Shown here piece by piece: positions 11,183 to 24,296 of a DNA stretch of 64,000 bases (the stretch's first letter is position 1; every line of letters begins with the position of its first letter). Under the pieces are notes generated by a model. The model ran no database searches. It was not told the DNA's origin and saw only the letters and a list, made by a program, of their open reading frames with translations. Location: assembly GCA_043798715.1 (NCBI GenBank), contig JAZDOK010000095.1, positions 6,284 to 70,283 on the forward strand, written 5' to 3'. This DNA is from a bacterium (GTDB lineage Bacteria > Vulcanimicrobiota > JAZDOK01). Made by a program: the position numbers and the translations under genes.

Positions 11183-11437
11183 CTAATGTTTGAAATGCAC
11201 AAATATTTTTCCGAAGTTTTTATCGTCTTTTTCTACACGATGATAAAGTTTCTTAATCTCTGCCTGCGCCAGAAATCGCAAAACGTGCTTTTTAAGCTGG
11301 CCGCTGCCCTTGCCGGGAATAATCTCCACCAGAGAAATCTTTTTTGAGACGGCCTCTTCGATAACCCGATTAAGCTCGGAATCAATCGAGTTTCCCTTGT
11401 TGTAAATGTCATGCAGATCCAGCTTTATTTTTGCCAT
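11183..11437 (-). CDS. Stand-alone Smr/MutS2-C domain protein
   Basis: KLDLH...VEIIPGKGSGQLK...NFG. Confidence 0.85.
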   Translation of the reverse strand: MAKIKLDLHDIYNKGNSIDSELNRVIEEAVSKKISLVEIIPGKGSGQLKKHVLRFLAQAEIKKLYHRVEKDDKNFGKIFVHFKH

Positions 11438-11518
11438 TTTACTTTAATTTTATGATTCAAATATAACACCATCAGCTAGTTCTGACAAGATAGTTCACTA
11501 AGCCTCTTAAATATAGAA

Positions 11519-12253
11519 TTAATTGAGAATTCGGGTCTTGATAAAATAAACTGTTGCATTTTCTAATATTCCTTTTTTTTTGACTTTATTAATGGAAAAT
11601 ATTTCGGCCTCTTTAAAGTCAAAAGACAAGGTGTACTTTTTTTGGAACCACCTCGATAAAAAACGCTTAGAAATAAAAAAGACAGTCAAATTAATCAGAA
11701 GGATGGTCAGTATGGAAATTCGATCCAATTCCAGTACACCAAAAGCCGCGACGGTCAATGTCAGTAATAAAAGTGAAAAACCTTGTAATGCAGGTATTCT
11801 TGAGCCACAAAAGTCGGAAATTGCGATGGCCTTGCTTTTATTTCTCAGAGCTTCCCGAAACTTTCCAAATGCCTGATGAACATCTTCAGGCGATACCTTC
11901 CCATGGATTCGAAATCCATCAGTCAGGGCCGAGCCTCCAATTCTTTTTCTCTCCCCATGCAGCTCCTTTAAAAAATATATTGTTCCATGTTCCAGTACAT
12001 GATTGACTTTAACGTCTTCACTCATGAAATCTGTCTTGAACATGAGGTGCAGGATAGGCAGGTTTAAAACAATTACAATGATTAGAAACCAGGGAAAAAG
12101 AAACGAGCCTAGAAAAAACGAACTTTTCCCTGAGAGTCCGATAGAGGCCACGAAAAGAAAGACGATGAAAAAAGACAAATCAGGATTGAAAAGGAACCTG
12201 ATTATACTTTTAAAAATCCGTTTGTTAAAATCAAGACCGCTTTTATTAGACAT
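11519..12253 (-). CDS. Membrane protein, DUF6391-like
   Basis: NHVLEHGTI motif, CG pair, several TMs; AT-rich. Confidence 0.5.
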   Translation of the reverse strand: MSNKSGLDFNKRIFKSIIRFLFNPDLSFFIVFLFVASIGLSGKSSFFLGSFLFPWFLIIVIVLNLPILHLMFKTDFMSEDVKVNHVLEHGTIYFLKELHGERKRIGGSALTDGFRIHGKVSPEDVHQAFGKFREALRNKSKAIAISDFCGSRIPALQGFSLLLLTLTVAAFGVLELDRISILTILLINLTVFFISKRFLSRWFQKKYTLSFDFKEAEIFSINKVKKKGILENATVYFIKTRILN

Positions 12254-12342
12254 GCTGGTATGAGTGAGATCCGGGGTCAGGCAACACTTTTGACATAATT
12301 TGCCAGTAGTGTGGAACTGAACCCTTAACTCTCAAAAGTTCT

Positions 12343-12669
12343 TCAAGGGAGCTGCTCTTCATCTGCACTGTAAATGATCTGGCCGGTCTTAAGAACCTCT
12401 TCCACAAAGCCGCTTCTGTCGCGCGTTTCATCCAGGAGAATCGGCTCGATATGAAGGTCAATACGGCTTCTGATCTTGTAAAGCTCGGCCGCTACATCAA
12501 GGAAATTTTCATCCAGGCCATGGAGGATAACAGCAATATCAATGTCGCTGTCCTCGTGGGCGATATCGCGGGCGTATGAACCGTAAAGTACCACCTTCCT
12601 CACCGGCAGGTACTTGCGGACATCATCTGAATATCTTTTTGCTATTTCGCAAGCCGTTGCTTTATCCAT
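12343..12669 (-). CDS. Minimal nucleotidyltransferase (MNT-type)
   Basis: LYGSYAR..HEDSDIDIAV. Confidence 0.85.
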   Translation of the reverse strand: MDKATACEIAKRYSDDVRKYLPVRKVVLYGSYARDIAHEDSDIDIAVILHGLDENFLDVAAELYKIRSRIDLHIEPILLDETRDRSGFVEEVLKTGQIIYSADEEQLP

Positions 12670-12680
12670 TTAACCTATAA

Positions 12681-14015
12681 TTACTGAACTTTCTCTTTTT
12701 GGGAGCATAATTTGGTAAGTTTTTCTACAATCCGCTTTCTCTTGTCTTCAGAAATAACCTCATCATGCCATACATTCCCCAGCTCATCTGGTAAACGCTC
12801 CAATGACCAAACAGCTGTTGCAGGATTTTCTACAGTCAAAGAGCTTTCCTTATTAGCCCAGACAACCGCTGGCGTAACCCATTGTTTGATTCCATCCACC
12901 TTCAAAAAGTTAGATAAATGAGCAGCATTAGCGTTGGCTTGACGACTTGGACTTTTTGTTGAAAGTTTCCAGCGATTGCCAGCACGATACTCCCAATGCT
13001 CGCCAATATTTCTATATTCTCCAGTTAAGGTCTTAACTTCTAATGCCCAAACTCCAGATGAACCAACAAGCACTGCATCCAGATCCATTTTTTTCCGTCC
13101 CGGAAGGGTAATATTCCGAAACAAAAACCAGTTTCCGTCCAGGGATTGGCGCATAACTTCTACAACTCTATCTTCCCCATCCTGTCCCACGCGGTAATTC
13201 TCTATTTGCTTGTCTAACCTTTTCATAAACCAATCGAATAGAAAATGAAACAGCCATATCAAACCAGCAATCAGCACCAATAATATTGCCAAAATTACTA
13301 TGCCTAGAGGGGATGTAAACAAATCTGGAAAAGGCTTGCTTGGATGCGTCGTTAATTGCCTCGTCGAGAATAATAATATGGACGGAATGAAGCATGATGC
13401 CAATACAATGCCAAATATCAACCCCTGAAATAAAGTCAGAAGAAAACGCATTCGTTCCATAAAGCTTCTTCCACCGGACTCTACGTGCAAAAAGCCTGCA
13501 GATACTAGCGGTTCTTTTACTGCCTGATTTAAACGTACTAACATCAATGCAATTGATGCCTGACGAACTCTTTCTTTCCAAGCATTTTCGATGGCATATC
13601 CCAAATCCTTGAGCGATAACCGCCTCGTTTCCACTAACATACCCATCGCCTGGCCTCTATAAGGTCCAGGAAGAGGCCACACGGTAGCACGGGCCTGTTC
13701 AATGGTAATGCCAACAGGTAACTGCGTGTCAGAAGGCTCAGACGGTAAAGTTATCGCCTTTTTGTCAATCGGTGGCTCTGAAAAAGAGTTCTTCTGCCAA
13801 TCTAACAAGACTTGCGCCGCTTCCTTAAGTCCTGGGTCATCAGCTTTCGCAGCCGCCCATTCCAGCCTGCCCTGGTCGAGATATCCTTCATCTAAAAGCT
13901 CCCCCAAGGGTCTGAAGTTATTGCGAAGCCACATTACTTTCCGAGCCTCATCCAGACTCATTGGCTTAGAACGTGGAGCGCCCTGATTTGTTGCTTCGTT
14001 CGCAGGCATATTCAT
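12681..14015 (-). CDS. Membrane-anchored NERD-domain nuclease
   Basis: Two central TMs then GQDGEDRV...DLDAVLVGSSGVWALEVK...SPSRQA (NERD PD-(D/E)xK). Confidence 0.8.
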   Translation of the reverse strand: MNMPANEATNQGAPRSKPMSLDEARKVMWLRNNFRPLGELLDEGYLDQGRLEWAAAKADDPGLKEAAQVLLDWQKNSFSEPPIDKKAITLPSEPSDTQLPVGITIEQARATVWPLPGPYRGQAMGMLVETRRLSLKDLGYAIENAWKERVRQASIALMLVRLNQAVKEPLVSAGFLHVESGGRSFMERMRFLLTLFQGLIFGIVLASCFIPSILLFSTRQLTTHPSKPFPDLFTSPLGIVILAILLVLIAGLIWLFHFLFDWFMKRLDKQIENYRVGQDGEDRVVEVMRQSLDGNWFLFRNITLPGRKKMDLDAVLVGSSGVWALEVKTLTGEYRNIGEHWEYRAGNRWKLSTKSPSRQANANAAHLSNFLKVDGIKQWVTPAVVWANKESSLTVENPATAVWSLERLPDELGNVWHDEVISEDKRKRIVEKLTKLCSQKEKVQ

Positions 14016-14074
14016 ATGGTCTTTCCTTTAAGCAAAAACTTAAGATAAATGAATCCTGGCACCTTTTTCCTAAG

Positions 14075-15043
14075 TTACTCTTTGCCTTTTAGTATTTTTA
14101 AAATCGCATCTTGAGTCAACTTCTCTTGAGTTTTCTTTTCAACATTTTGCCAATCATATCCCGAAAGCGTGTCGCATATATTTTCGAACCAGCGTTTATA
14201 GCTCGCCATTTCTGGAGAATATACTTTAAATCTATTAAGTTTAGCTGTGATTGATACGCGAAAAACGATCACATGAAATCTCTTAATATCAGTTGTAGCA
14301 TCCTCCAAAATTCCCCATAAGCCTTGTTGTAGTGGCATACTTGCCGTCCACAATACCTTTATCGTTAATGCTAAAAAGGGATTATTAATTATTATAGTCC
14401 GGGATTTATTTTGTTCGTTTGCTTCAGCTTTCAACATGCTTTTCGGCGGAAGACAAATGTCATTACCGCAAATGACATCGTCATACTGAATAAGCTGGTT
14501 ATGCTTGAAAATCATTCTTAACTCAGATAGATTAATTTTTTCAACTTGAAGGTTCTCCCCTCGATCACATTCGAGGGATGTTGCCCCCGGGAACCTGTAA
14601 TGGTTGGGAATGAAGTCCCATTGCAATGGAAATTCTAAAATCAATGATTGTAAAATACCCTTTTCAATCAAATTTAAACCTTTATTTCCCATTAATTCTT
14701 GTGGTTCTTTCGACGAAAGCGAGTCTGGGTGGTTCGTGAGGTTAGTAAACATTTCTCGATAAGCCGCGATGTAGGGGTTATTATTATTATTACCAGTCGT
14801 AATTTGGCTGAGCTTGGAGTCATAGAGCAAAATGAAAGTAAATTTTTTTTCTAGCTTTACTGCATTAATATAGGGTAAGATTGAGATCAAAACAGGAAGA
14901 ATGGAAGCTAAGACGATCCCAGCGTTCTTTAAAGAGTCTGAAGCTGCAGCGTTTTGCCATAGTAACACCACAGAAAAAATTGCAATAAGACAGTATAAAA
15001 TGAGGGCTCCTCTGACGATCTGTGATTCAAGTAACATGCCCAA
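14075..15043 (-). CDS. Hypothetical membrane protein
   Basis: 322-aa AT-rich ORF, two N-terminal TMs, GGAGG SD. Confidence 0.65.
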   Translation of the reverse strand: MGMLLESQIVRGALILYCLIAIFSVVLLWQNAAASDSLKNAGIVLASILPVLISILPYINAVKLEKKFTFILLYDSKLSQITTGNNNNNPYIAAYREMFTNLTNHPDSLSSKEPQELMGNKGLNLIEKGILQSLILEFPLQWDFIPNHYRFPGATSLECDRGENLQVEKINLSELRMIFKHNQLIQYDDVICGNDICLPPKSMLKAEANEQNKSRTIIINNPFLALTIKVLWTASMPLQQGLWGILEDATTDIKRFHVIVFRVSITAKLNRFKVYSPEMASYKRWFENICDTLSGYDWQNVEKKTQEKLTQDAILKILKGKE

Positions 15044-15113
15044 GGTTAGCCCTCCTTTGTGCTGTCAGCATCACTTCAAAATAATTTGCTTTAATTGGGT
15101 GCTAGAAGCTATT

Positions 15114-17093
15114 CTACCACGAAAAGAGCATGAGGGCGACGGCTTTGGTCCAGTAGGCGATGGCCTGGTCGAGCTTTCCCTTCTGGTAGAAGAGGCATCC
15201 CAGGTTATGAAAAACGTGCCAGAACTTGGGGTTTAAGGTGACGACTTTTTCCCACTCCATGATGGCCAGCTCCACCTTGCCCTGGTTTAAGTAGGCGTCC
15301 CCCATGTTGTAGTAGGACTGCCAGTGGTCCGGCACGATGGTGGTAACCTTCTGCCACTCGGTTAAGGCGGGCTCAGCGGTGTGTTGATCGTAATAAAAAA
15401 CACTGGCCAGGTTCCAATGGGCCTGCCAGTAATCGTCCTTGAACTGCACGGTCTTCTGCCACTGCGAGACGGCCTCGTCCAGGAGGCGCTTCTGATAGAA
15501 GGCGTTGCCCAGGTTATAATGGGCCTGCCAGAATCCGTATTTGATCTGGACGGCCTTCTCCCACTCGATGATGGCCTTTTCGGCTTCCCCCGCCTCGTAA
15601 TACTTGTTGCCGATATTGTAGTGGGCCTCGGCGAATTCCGGGTTGACGGTGAGGGCCTTGTTCCACAGCTCGATGGCCCCGTCCACGTCCCCCTTCTCGA
15701 TGGCCATGGACCCCATGTTGTATATGGCGATGGCGAACTGCGGATCCGTCTCAAGCGCCCGCTGCCAGTGCTCCATGGCCTCTTCCTTGCGGCCCTTCAG
15801 GTAATAGGCGTTTCCCAGGTTATAGATGACCTCGGCGAACTGGGGGTTCAGGATGAGCGCCTTCTGCCATTCCTCGATGGCGGCGTCTATCTTGCCTTTT
15901 TTAAAATACCCATTGCCCAAGTTGTAGTATGCCGGGGCGAATTTCTGGTTCAAGACGACGGTCTTGCGATATTCCTCGATGGACTTGTCTATTTCTCCTT
16001 TTCGATAGTAGGCGGAGCCCAGGTTGTAGTGCGCCACAAAGTTATTGGGATTGAGATCGACAGCCGAGCGGTACTCGGAGATGGCCTCGTCGAGCTTGCC
16101 GACGCCGTCGTAGGCCGTACCCAGGTTGTTGTGGGTGAGGGCGTTGTAGGGATCCAGCTTGGTCGCCTTCTCCCACTCGAGGATGGCCAGGTCCAGCTTG
16201 GACTGCTTGTAATAATTGTTTCCCAGAATATTGTGAAGAGCCGCTTCCTTGGGGGAGATCTGGGTCTTGTAGATGTCGGGCGGCATCTCATCGATGGTCA
16301 GGTCCCGTACCAGATCTTCGGCCGTCTGATAGTGATCGGCCGGATCCTTCATGAGGCACTTGAGGACGGCCGCCTCCACCTTCTTGGGAATCTGGAGGTT
16401 GTGAATGGTTGGCGGCTGGGGCTCGGCGGTGAGGTGCATCTGGATGAGGGCCGCCGGGTTGTCGGCCCTGAAAGGCACCTCGCCGGTCAGCATCTCATAG
16501 AGCATGCAGCCCAGCGAGTAGATGTCGGCCCTCCGATCCACCTTCTCTCCCCGGGCCTGCTCCGGAGAAAAATAGAAGAAGGAGCCCAGGATCTCCCCGG
16601 GCTGAGTGATCGTCTGCGAGGTTTCCACCCAGGCGATTCCAAAGTCGGCCACCTTGACGGTTTCCAGGTCGGTTATAAGCACGTTGGCCGGCTTTACATC
16701 CCGGTGCACGATTCCGTGCTGGTGGGCGTATTCCAGGGCCTGGCAGGTGGGGATGAAGTACTTCAGGGCTTCCACCGTCGGTAAAATTCTTCGCTCTTTG
16801 AGGATGACGTCGAGGCCCTTTCCGGAGATATATTCCAGAACGATATAATATATGCCCTCGTGTTCGTTTATGTCATAGATGCCGGCTATGTTGGGGTGGT
16901 TCAGGCGGGCCGCAGCCTGGGCCTCCCGGATGAAACGCTCCTTGCTCTCCGGGTTGGAGATGAGCTGCTGGGATAAAATCTTGATGGCGACCGGCCGCTC
17001 CAATACGGGATCGTGGCCGCGGTAGACGATTCCCATGCCCCCGCGTCCCAGTTCCTCCAGGATGTGATACCTGCCGATTGTTGCGCTGATCAT
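15114..17093 (-). CDS. Hanks-type Ser/Thr kinase with C-terminal TPR array
   Basis: LGRGGMG, VAIK, HRDVKPAN, DFG, SPE, DIYSLG; about 11 TPRs (AHYNLG...AI.EW.KA); no TM. Confidence 0.92.
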   Translation of the reverse strand: MISATIGRYHILEELGRGGMGIVYRGHDPVLERPVAIKILSQQLISNPESKERFIREAQAAARLNHPNIAGIYDINEHEGIYYIVLEYISGKGLDVILKERRILPTVEALKYFIPTCQALEYAHQHGIVHRDVKPANVLITDLETVKVADFGIAWVETSQTITQPGEILGSFFYFSPEQARGEKVDRRADIYSLGCMLYEMLTGEVPFRADNPAALIQMHLTAEPQPPTIHNLQIPKKVEAAVLKCLMKDPADHYQTAEDLVRDLTIDEMPPDIYKTQISPKEAALHNILGNNYYKQSKLDLAILEWEKATKLDPYNALTHNNLGTAYDGVGKLDEAISEYRSAVDLNPNNFVAHYNLGSAYYRKGEIDKSIEEYRKTVVLNQKFAPAYYNLGNGYFKKGKIDAAIEEWQKALILNPQFAEVIYNLGNAYYLKGRKEEAMEHWQRALETDPQFAIAIYNMGSMAIEKGDVDGAIELWNKALTVNPEFAEAHYNIGNKYYEAGEAEKAIIEWEKAVQIKYGFWQAHYNLGNAFYQKRLLDEAVSQWQKTVQFKDDYWQAHWNLASVFYYDQHTAEPALTEWQKVTTIVPDHWQSYYNMGDAYLNQGKVELAIMEWEKVVTLNPKFWHVFHNLGCLFYQKGKLDQAIAYWTKAVALMLFSW

Positions 17094-17097
17094 GCTG

Positions 17098-17400
17098 TCA
17101 CCACGCTATTTCAAGGACGGTCTGCCCCACTTTGAAGCGGTCTCCGTTTGAAAGGAGAATCCGACCCTTCAGGCGGTCGTCTTTAATAAAAGTTCCGTTC
17201 GTACTATCCAGATCCTCCAGGAAGCATTCGGGCTCGGCCACCAGAATCCTTGCATGCCTCCGCGAGAGGAAGCGGTCGAGGGGGAGACCGAGGGGGGCCG
17301 CGGGGTCCCTCCCGATGTCCGACGACTTCGTGATTGTAAAAATTTTCCCGTCAAAGGGGCCGCTCAAAACCTCAAGCCTGATGTTCATTGGAATGCTCAT
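17098..17400 (-). CDS. Stand-alone FHA domain protein
   Basis: IGR...SRRHA...DLDSTNGT. Confidence 0.92.
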   Translation of the reverse strand: MSIPMNIRLEVLSGPFDGKIFTITKSSDIGRDPAAPLGLPLDRFLSRRHARILVAEPECFLEDLDSTNGTFIKDDRLKGRILLSNGDRFKVGQTVLEIAW

Positions 17401-19594
17401 CCTTCTTAAAAACGATGCGGCCGCCCTCTTCGGTCGCCGTAACGACCTGGCCTCCCGTCAGGGTTCCCTCCAGAATTTCCGCCGCCAGGGGCTTGGCGAT
17501 GAGGGTCTGGATGGCCCTCTTGAGCGGTCTGGCCCCGTAGGCCGGCTCGTATCCCTCCTCAATCAGAACAGCCCGGGCGGCCTCGTCCACCTCAAGCGTC
17601 AGATCCTTCTCACGCAGGCGGCGCCTTAGATCTTCGAGGTTGATTTCTACAATCCGGCCGAGGCTCTCCCGGTTCAGCGGGTTGAAGATGATGAGTTCAT
17701 CAATCCGGTTGATGAACTCCGGCCTGAAATGCTTGCGAACCGCCTGTAGAATCTCCTCCTGCACCTCCGGGTTGTTGGTATCGGCCAGGAGCATCCGCCC
17801 CTTGTCGTCCACCCGGCTGGAGCCGAGGTTGGAAGTCATGATAATTACGGAGTTGGCGAAATTGACCGTCCTACCCTTGGAATCGGTGAGACGGGCGTCG
17901 TCAAAGACCTGCAGGAAGAGGTCGAAGACCTCCGGGTGGGCCTTTTCTATCTCGTCCAGCAGGATGACCGAGTAGGGCTTGATGCGGACGGCGCCGGTGA
18001 GCTGTCCTTCTTCCTCATGCCCGACATAACCCGGCGGGGAGCCGATGAGTCGGGCGATGGTGTGTTTTTCCATGAATTCCGACATGTCGAGGCGGATCAT
18101 TTCCTTTTCGCCGCCGAATAAAAATTCAGCCAGTGCCTTGGCCAGCTCGGTCTTTCCGACCCCGGTCGGCCCCAGGAAAAGAAAGATGCCTCCTGGACGG
18201 CTGGGGCTCCCCAGGCCGGTCCGCACCATCCGAATCGTCTGGGAGACTTTTCTGACCGCGTCCTCCTGCCCAACGACGCGCGCCCCAATAAGGGTCTCCA
18301 TATCCAGGAGCCTCTTTGATTCCTCGTGGGTGAGCTTGGAAACCGGAATCCCGGTCCAGAGGGAGACGACGTCGGCGATGTCCTCCTCCTCGACCACAAA
18401 GAGCAATTCGGAAACCTTGCTCCCGGAGGCCGAGCGCATCTTGACCCTGGCCGCCGCCTCGTCCACCAGGTCTATCGCCTTGTCAGGCAGGTGGCGATCC
18501 GGGATGAAACGGACCGCCAGTTTTACCGCAGCCAGGAGGGAGGCCTCGCTGAACTTGACTCCATGATGTTTTTCATACTTTTCCCGGATGCCCTTCAAAA
18601 TCTCCAGGGTCTCCTCCTCGGAGGGCTCATGTATTAGAACGGGCTGAAAACGGCGTTCCAGGGCCGGATCGGCCTCGATGGATTTTCTGAATTCGTCGGT
18701 GGTGGTGGCACCGATGCAGGGGAATTCTCCCCGGGCCAGGATTGGTTTCAGAATGTTCCCGGCGTCCATGCCACCCTTGGAATCTCCGGCCCCCACGATG
18801 GTGTGAATCTCGTCTATAAAGACGATGGTATCGGGGGAGGCCGACACTTCCTTAATAATCTTCTGCAGGCGTTCTTCAAATTCGCCCCGGTGGCTCATTC
18901 CCGCCACCACCGAAGGCAGGTTGAGATCGATGAGCCTTTTCTTCTTCATGACCTCCGGCACCTTGCCCTGGGCGATGCGGAGGGCCAGCCCGTAGACCAC
19001 GGCGGTCTTGCCCACTCCCGCCTCCCCGATCAGCACCGGATTGTTCTTGGTCTTGCGGGTCAGGATCTGCAGGACCCGGCTTATTTCGCTGTTTCTTCCG
19101 ATGACGGGATCAATCTTACCATCACGCGCCATGGCCGTCAGATCCCGCCCCAGCTGCTTAAGAAGGGGCGTATCCTTGCCGGACTGGGCCTTGGCTGACT
19201 CCTTCGGGGGAATTTCGGGCGTCAGAACCTCCTCCGCCAGCGCCGCAATATTGAGCCCCATCCCGGAGATAACCCGGGCCGGGATGCTGCGCCCCTCTTT
19301 CAGGATTGAAGAAAGAAGGTGCCGGGTGTCCGGATAGGTTTCTCCCAAAAGAAGCTTCAGCCTCGGGGAATGCACGATTCCCTGCCAGAGCGGCTCTCCG
19401 CCAGGTCCCGCCTCCTCAAGGATTTTCTTCTTAAGTTCTTCCCTGTCCACTCCCCGGGAGGAGAGAAAGGGAGTGAGCCACGGTTCGCTCATGAGCAGGG
19501 CCAGAAAGAGGTGCTCAACCCCGAGAAAGAAGTGCTTTTCTTCGCGGGAAATATTTTCAGCAGCCGAGAGAATCTCTTTAATATTCACAGACAT
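17372..19594 (-). CDS. Hsp100/Clp class 1 ATPase (ClpA/ClpC-like)
   Basis: Clp-N (GVEHLFLAL), [22 protein letters not shown]; start ATG 19594 overlaps the rlmD stop (TGATG). Confidence 0.9.
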   Translation of the reverse strand: MSVNIKEILSAAENISREEKHFFLGVEHLFLALLMSEPWLTPFLSSRGVDREELKKKILEEAGPGGEPLWQGIVHSPRLKLLLGETYPDTRHLLSSILKEGRSIPARVISGMGLNIAALAEEVLTPEIPPKESAKAQSGKDTPLLKQLGRDLTAMARDGKIDPVIGRNSEISRVLQILTRKTKNNPVLIGEAGVGKTAVVYGLALRIAQGKVPEVMKKKRLIDLNLPSVVAGMSHRGEFEERLQKIIKEVSASPDTIVFIDEIHTIVGAGDSKGGMDAGNILKPILARGEFPCIGATTTDEFRKSIEADPALERRFQPVLIHEPSEEETLEILKGIREKYEKHHGVKFSEASLLAAVKLAVRFIPDRHLPDKAIDLVDEAAARVKMRSASGSKVSELLFVVEEEDIADVVSLWTGIPVSKLTHEESKRLLDMETLIGARVVGQEDAVRKVSQTIRMVRTGLGSPSRPGGIFLFLGPTGVGKTELAKALAEFLFGGEKEMIRLDMSEFMEKHTIARLIGSPPGYVGHEEEGQLTGAVRIKPYSVILLDEIEKAHPEVFDLFLQVFDDARLTDSKGRTVNFANSVIIMTSNLGSSRVDDKGRMLLADTNNPEVQEEILQAVRKHFRPEFINRIDELIIFNPLNRESLGRIVEINLEDLRRRLREKDLTLEVDEAARAVLIEEGYEPAYGARPLKRAIQTLIAKPLAAEILEGTLTGGQVVTATEEGGRIVFKKDEHSNEHQA

Positions 19595-20978
19595 CAGGAG
19601 GACGCTCTTTCTTCTCCCAGGCAAATCCTGGCCACGCATTCCACGTGGGCCGTCTGGGGGAACATATCAATGGGCTGTATTTCGAGGACGCGGTACCCCG
19701 TTTCGGAAAGAAGAGCCAGGTCCCTGGCCAAAGTGGCCGGATTGCATGATATATATATTATGTCGGGCACTTTCATGGCCGCCAGGGTCAGGAGCACTTC
19801 TTTTTCGCAGCCCTTGCGGGGCGGATCCAGAACAACCAGGCCGGCCTTAAGGCCCTTGTCCGAGAGACTGGATAGAACCTTCTCCACTCTTCCGGCATAA
19901 AAAGTGATGTTTTCAAAGGAATTGAGGACGGCGTTCTCCTGCGCATCAGAGATGGCATTCTGATTTTCATCAATGCCGATCACCTGACCGGCCCGGCGCG
20001 CCAGCCAGAGAGAAAGGGCCCCCACCCCGCAGTAGGCGTCCACCGCAGTCTCAATCTTCTCTTTCTCCAGATAAGATTCGAGCACGCTGAGGAGTGCGCG
20101 GTGTTGTTCGGGATTTACCTGAAAGAATGATGTCGCGGAAATCTTGAAATGGAGATCATCAATGTCCTCGACGATGTGGTCCCGGCCCCACAGGGTTTTT
20201 GTATGAGAGCCGAAGACAACATTTGTCTTCTGGGAGTTGAGATTTTCGGCGATGCCCTTTATCTGGGGCACCTTGCCGCGCAAAGCTTGTATGAATTCAC
20301 GGGACTGGGGAAGAGATGCCTTGGCGGAAACGACGACGACCAGGGCTTCTTCCCGGGAAGCGCTGACTCTTGAGATTATATGGCGGACCTGGCCCTTGCC
20401 GGTCTTCTCGTCGTAAACTTCCCAGTTGAGTTTTCCCAGAATGTCTCCGGCGGCCTTGATCACACGGTTGTTAAGGCGGTGCTGAATGGCGCAGGTATCC
20501 ATTTTGACGACCTGGTGCGTTCTTCTGGCATAGAGGCCCAGATAGAAGTGGCTCCTGCCATCCTTGGTCTTCAAATAGGGCTTTGATGCGGCCACCAACT
20601 GCACCTTGTTCCGGTAGAACCAGGGATCAGCGGCTCCGATACACTCCTTGACGGGCACCTCCCGCAGGTTGCCCAGGAACTTCATCGCGTTTTCCACCAT
20701 GGACCTCTTGAAGTCAAGCTGGGCCGAATATTCTATATGCTGGAGATGGCAGCCGCCGCATCGGGAAAAAATCGGGCATCGAGGCTCGATTCGATGGGGC
20801 GAGGATTTGACGATTTCCAGGATTTTCCCCCGGGCGTAGCTCTTCTTGAGTTCCTCCAGTTCAACCTCAACTTCATCTCCGGGAATCCCGAAGGGCACGA
20901 AATAAACGAGGCCGTCTTTTTTCCCGACGGCTTCCCCGCCGACCGCGAGATCCGTTAATTCCAGGCGTATCTTTTCCT

Positions 20979-20982
<4 letters not shown>
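19594..20982 (-). CDS. rlmD: 23S rRNA m5U1939 methyltransferase
   Basis: TRAM domain, C..F..CGGC, SFFQVN, DAYCGVG, LDPPRKG, YISCNPATLARD, DMFPQTAHVE. Confidence 0.92.

Positions 20983-24295
<3,313 letters not shown>

Positions 24296-24296
<1 letters not shown>

Noticed and set aside
15381-16784. 467-aa + strand ORF
   Set aside because: Antisense shadow of the TPR kinase, expected from GC3 bias; no motifs
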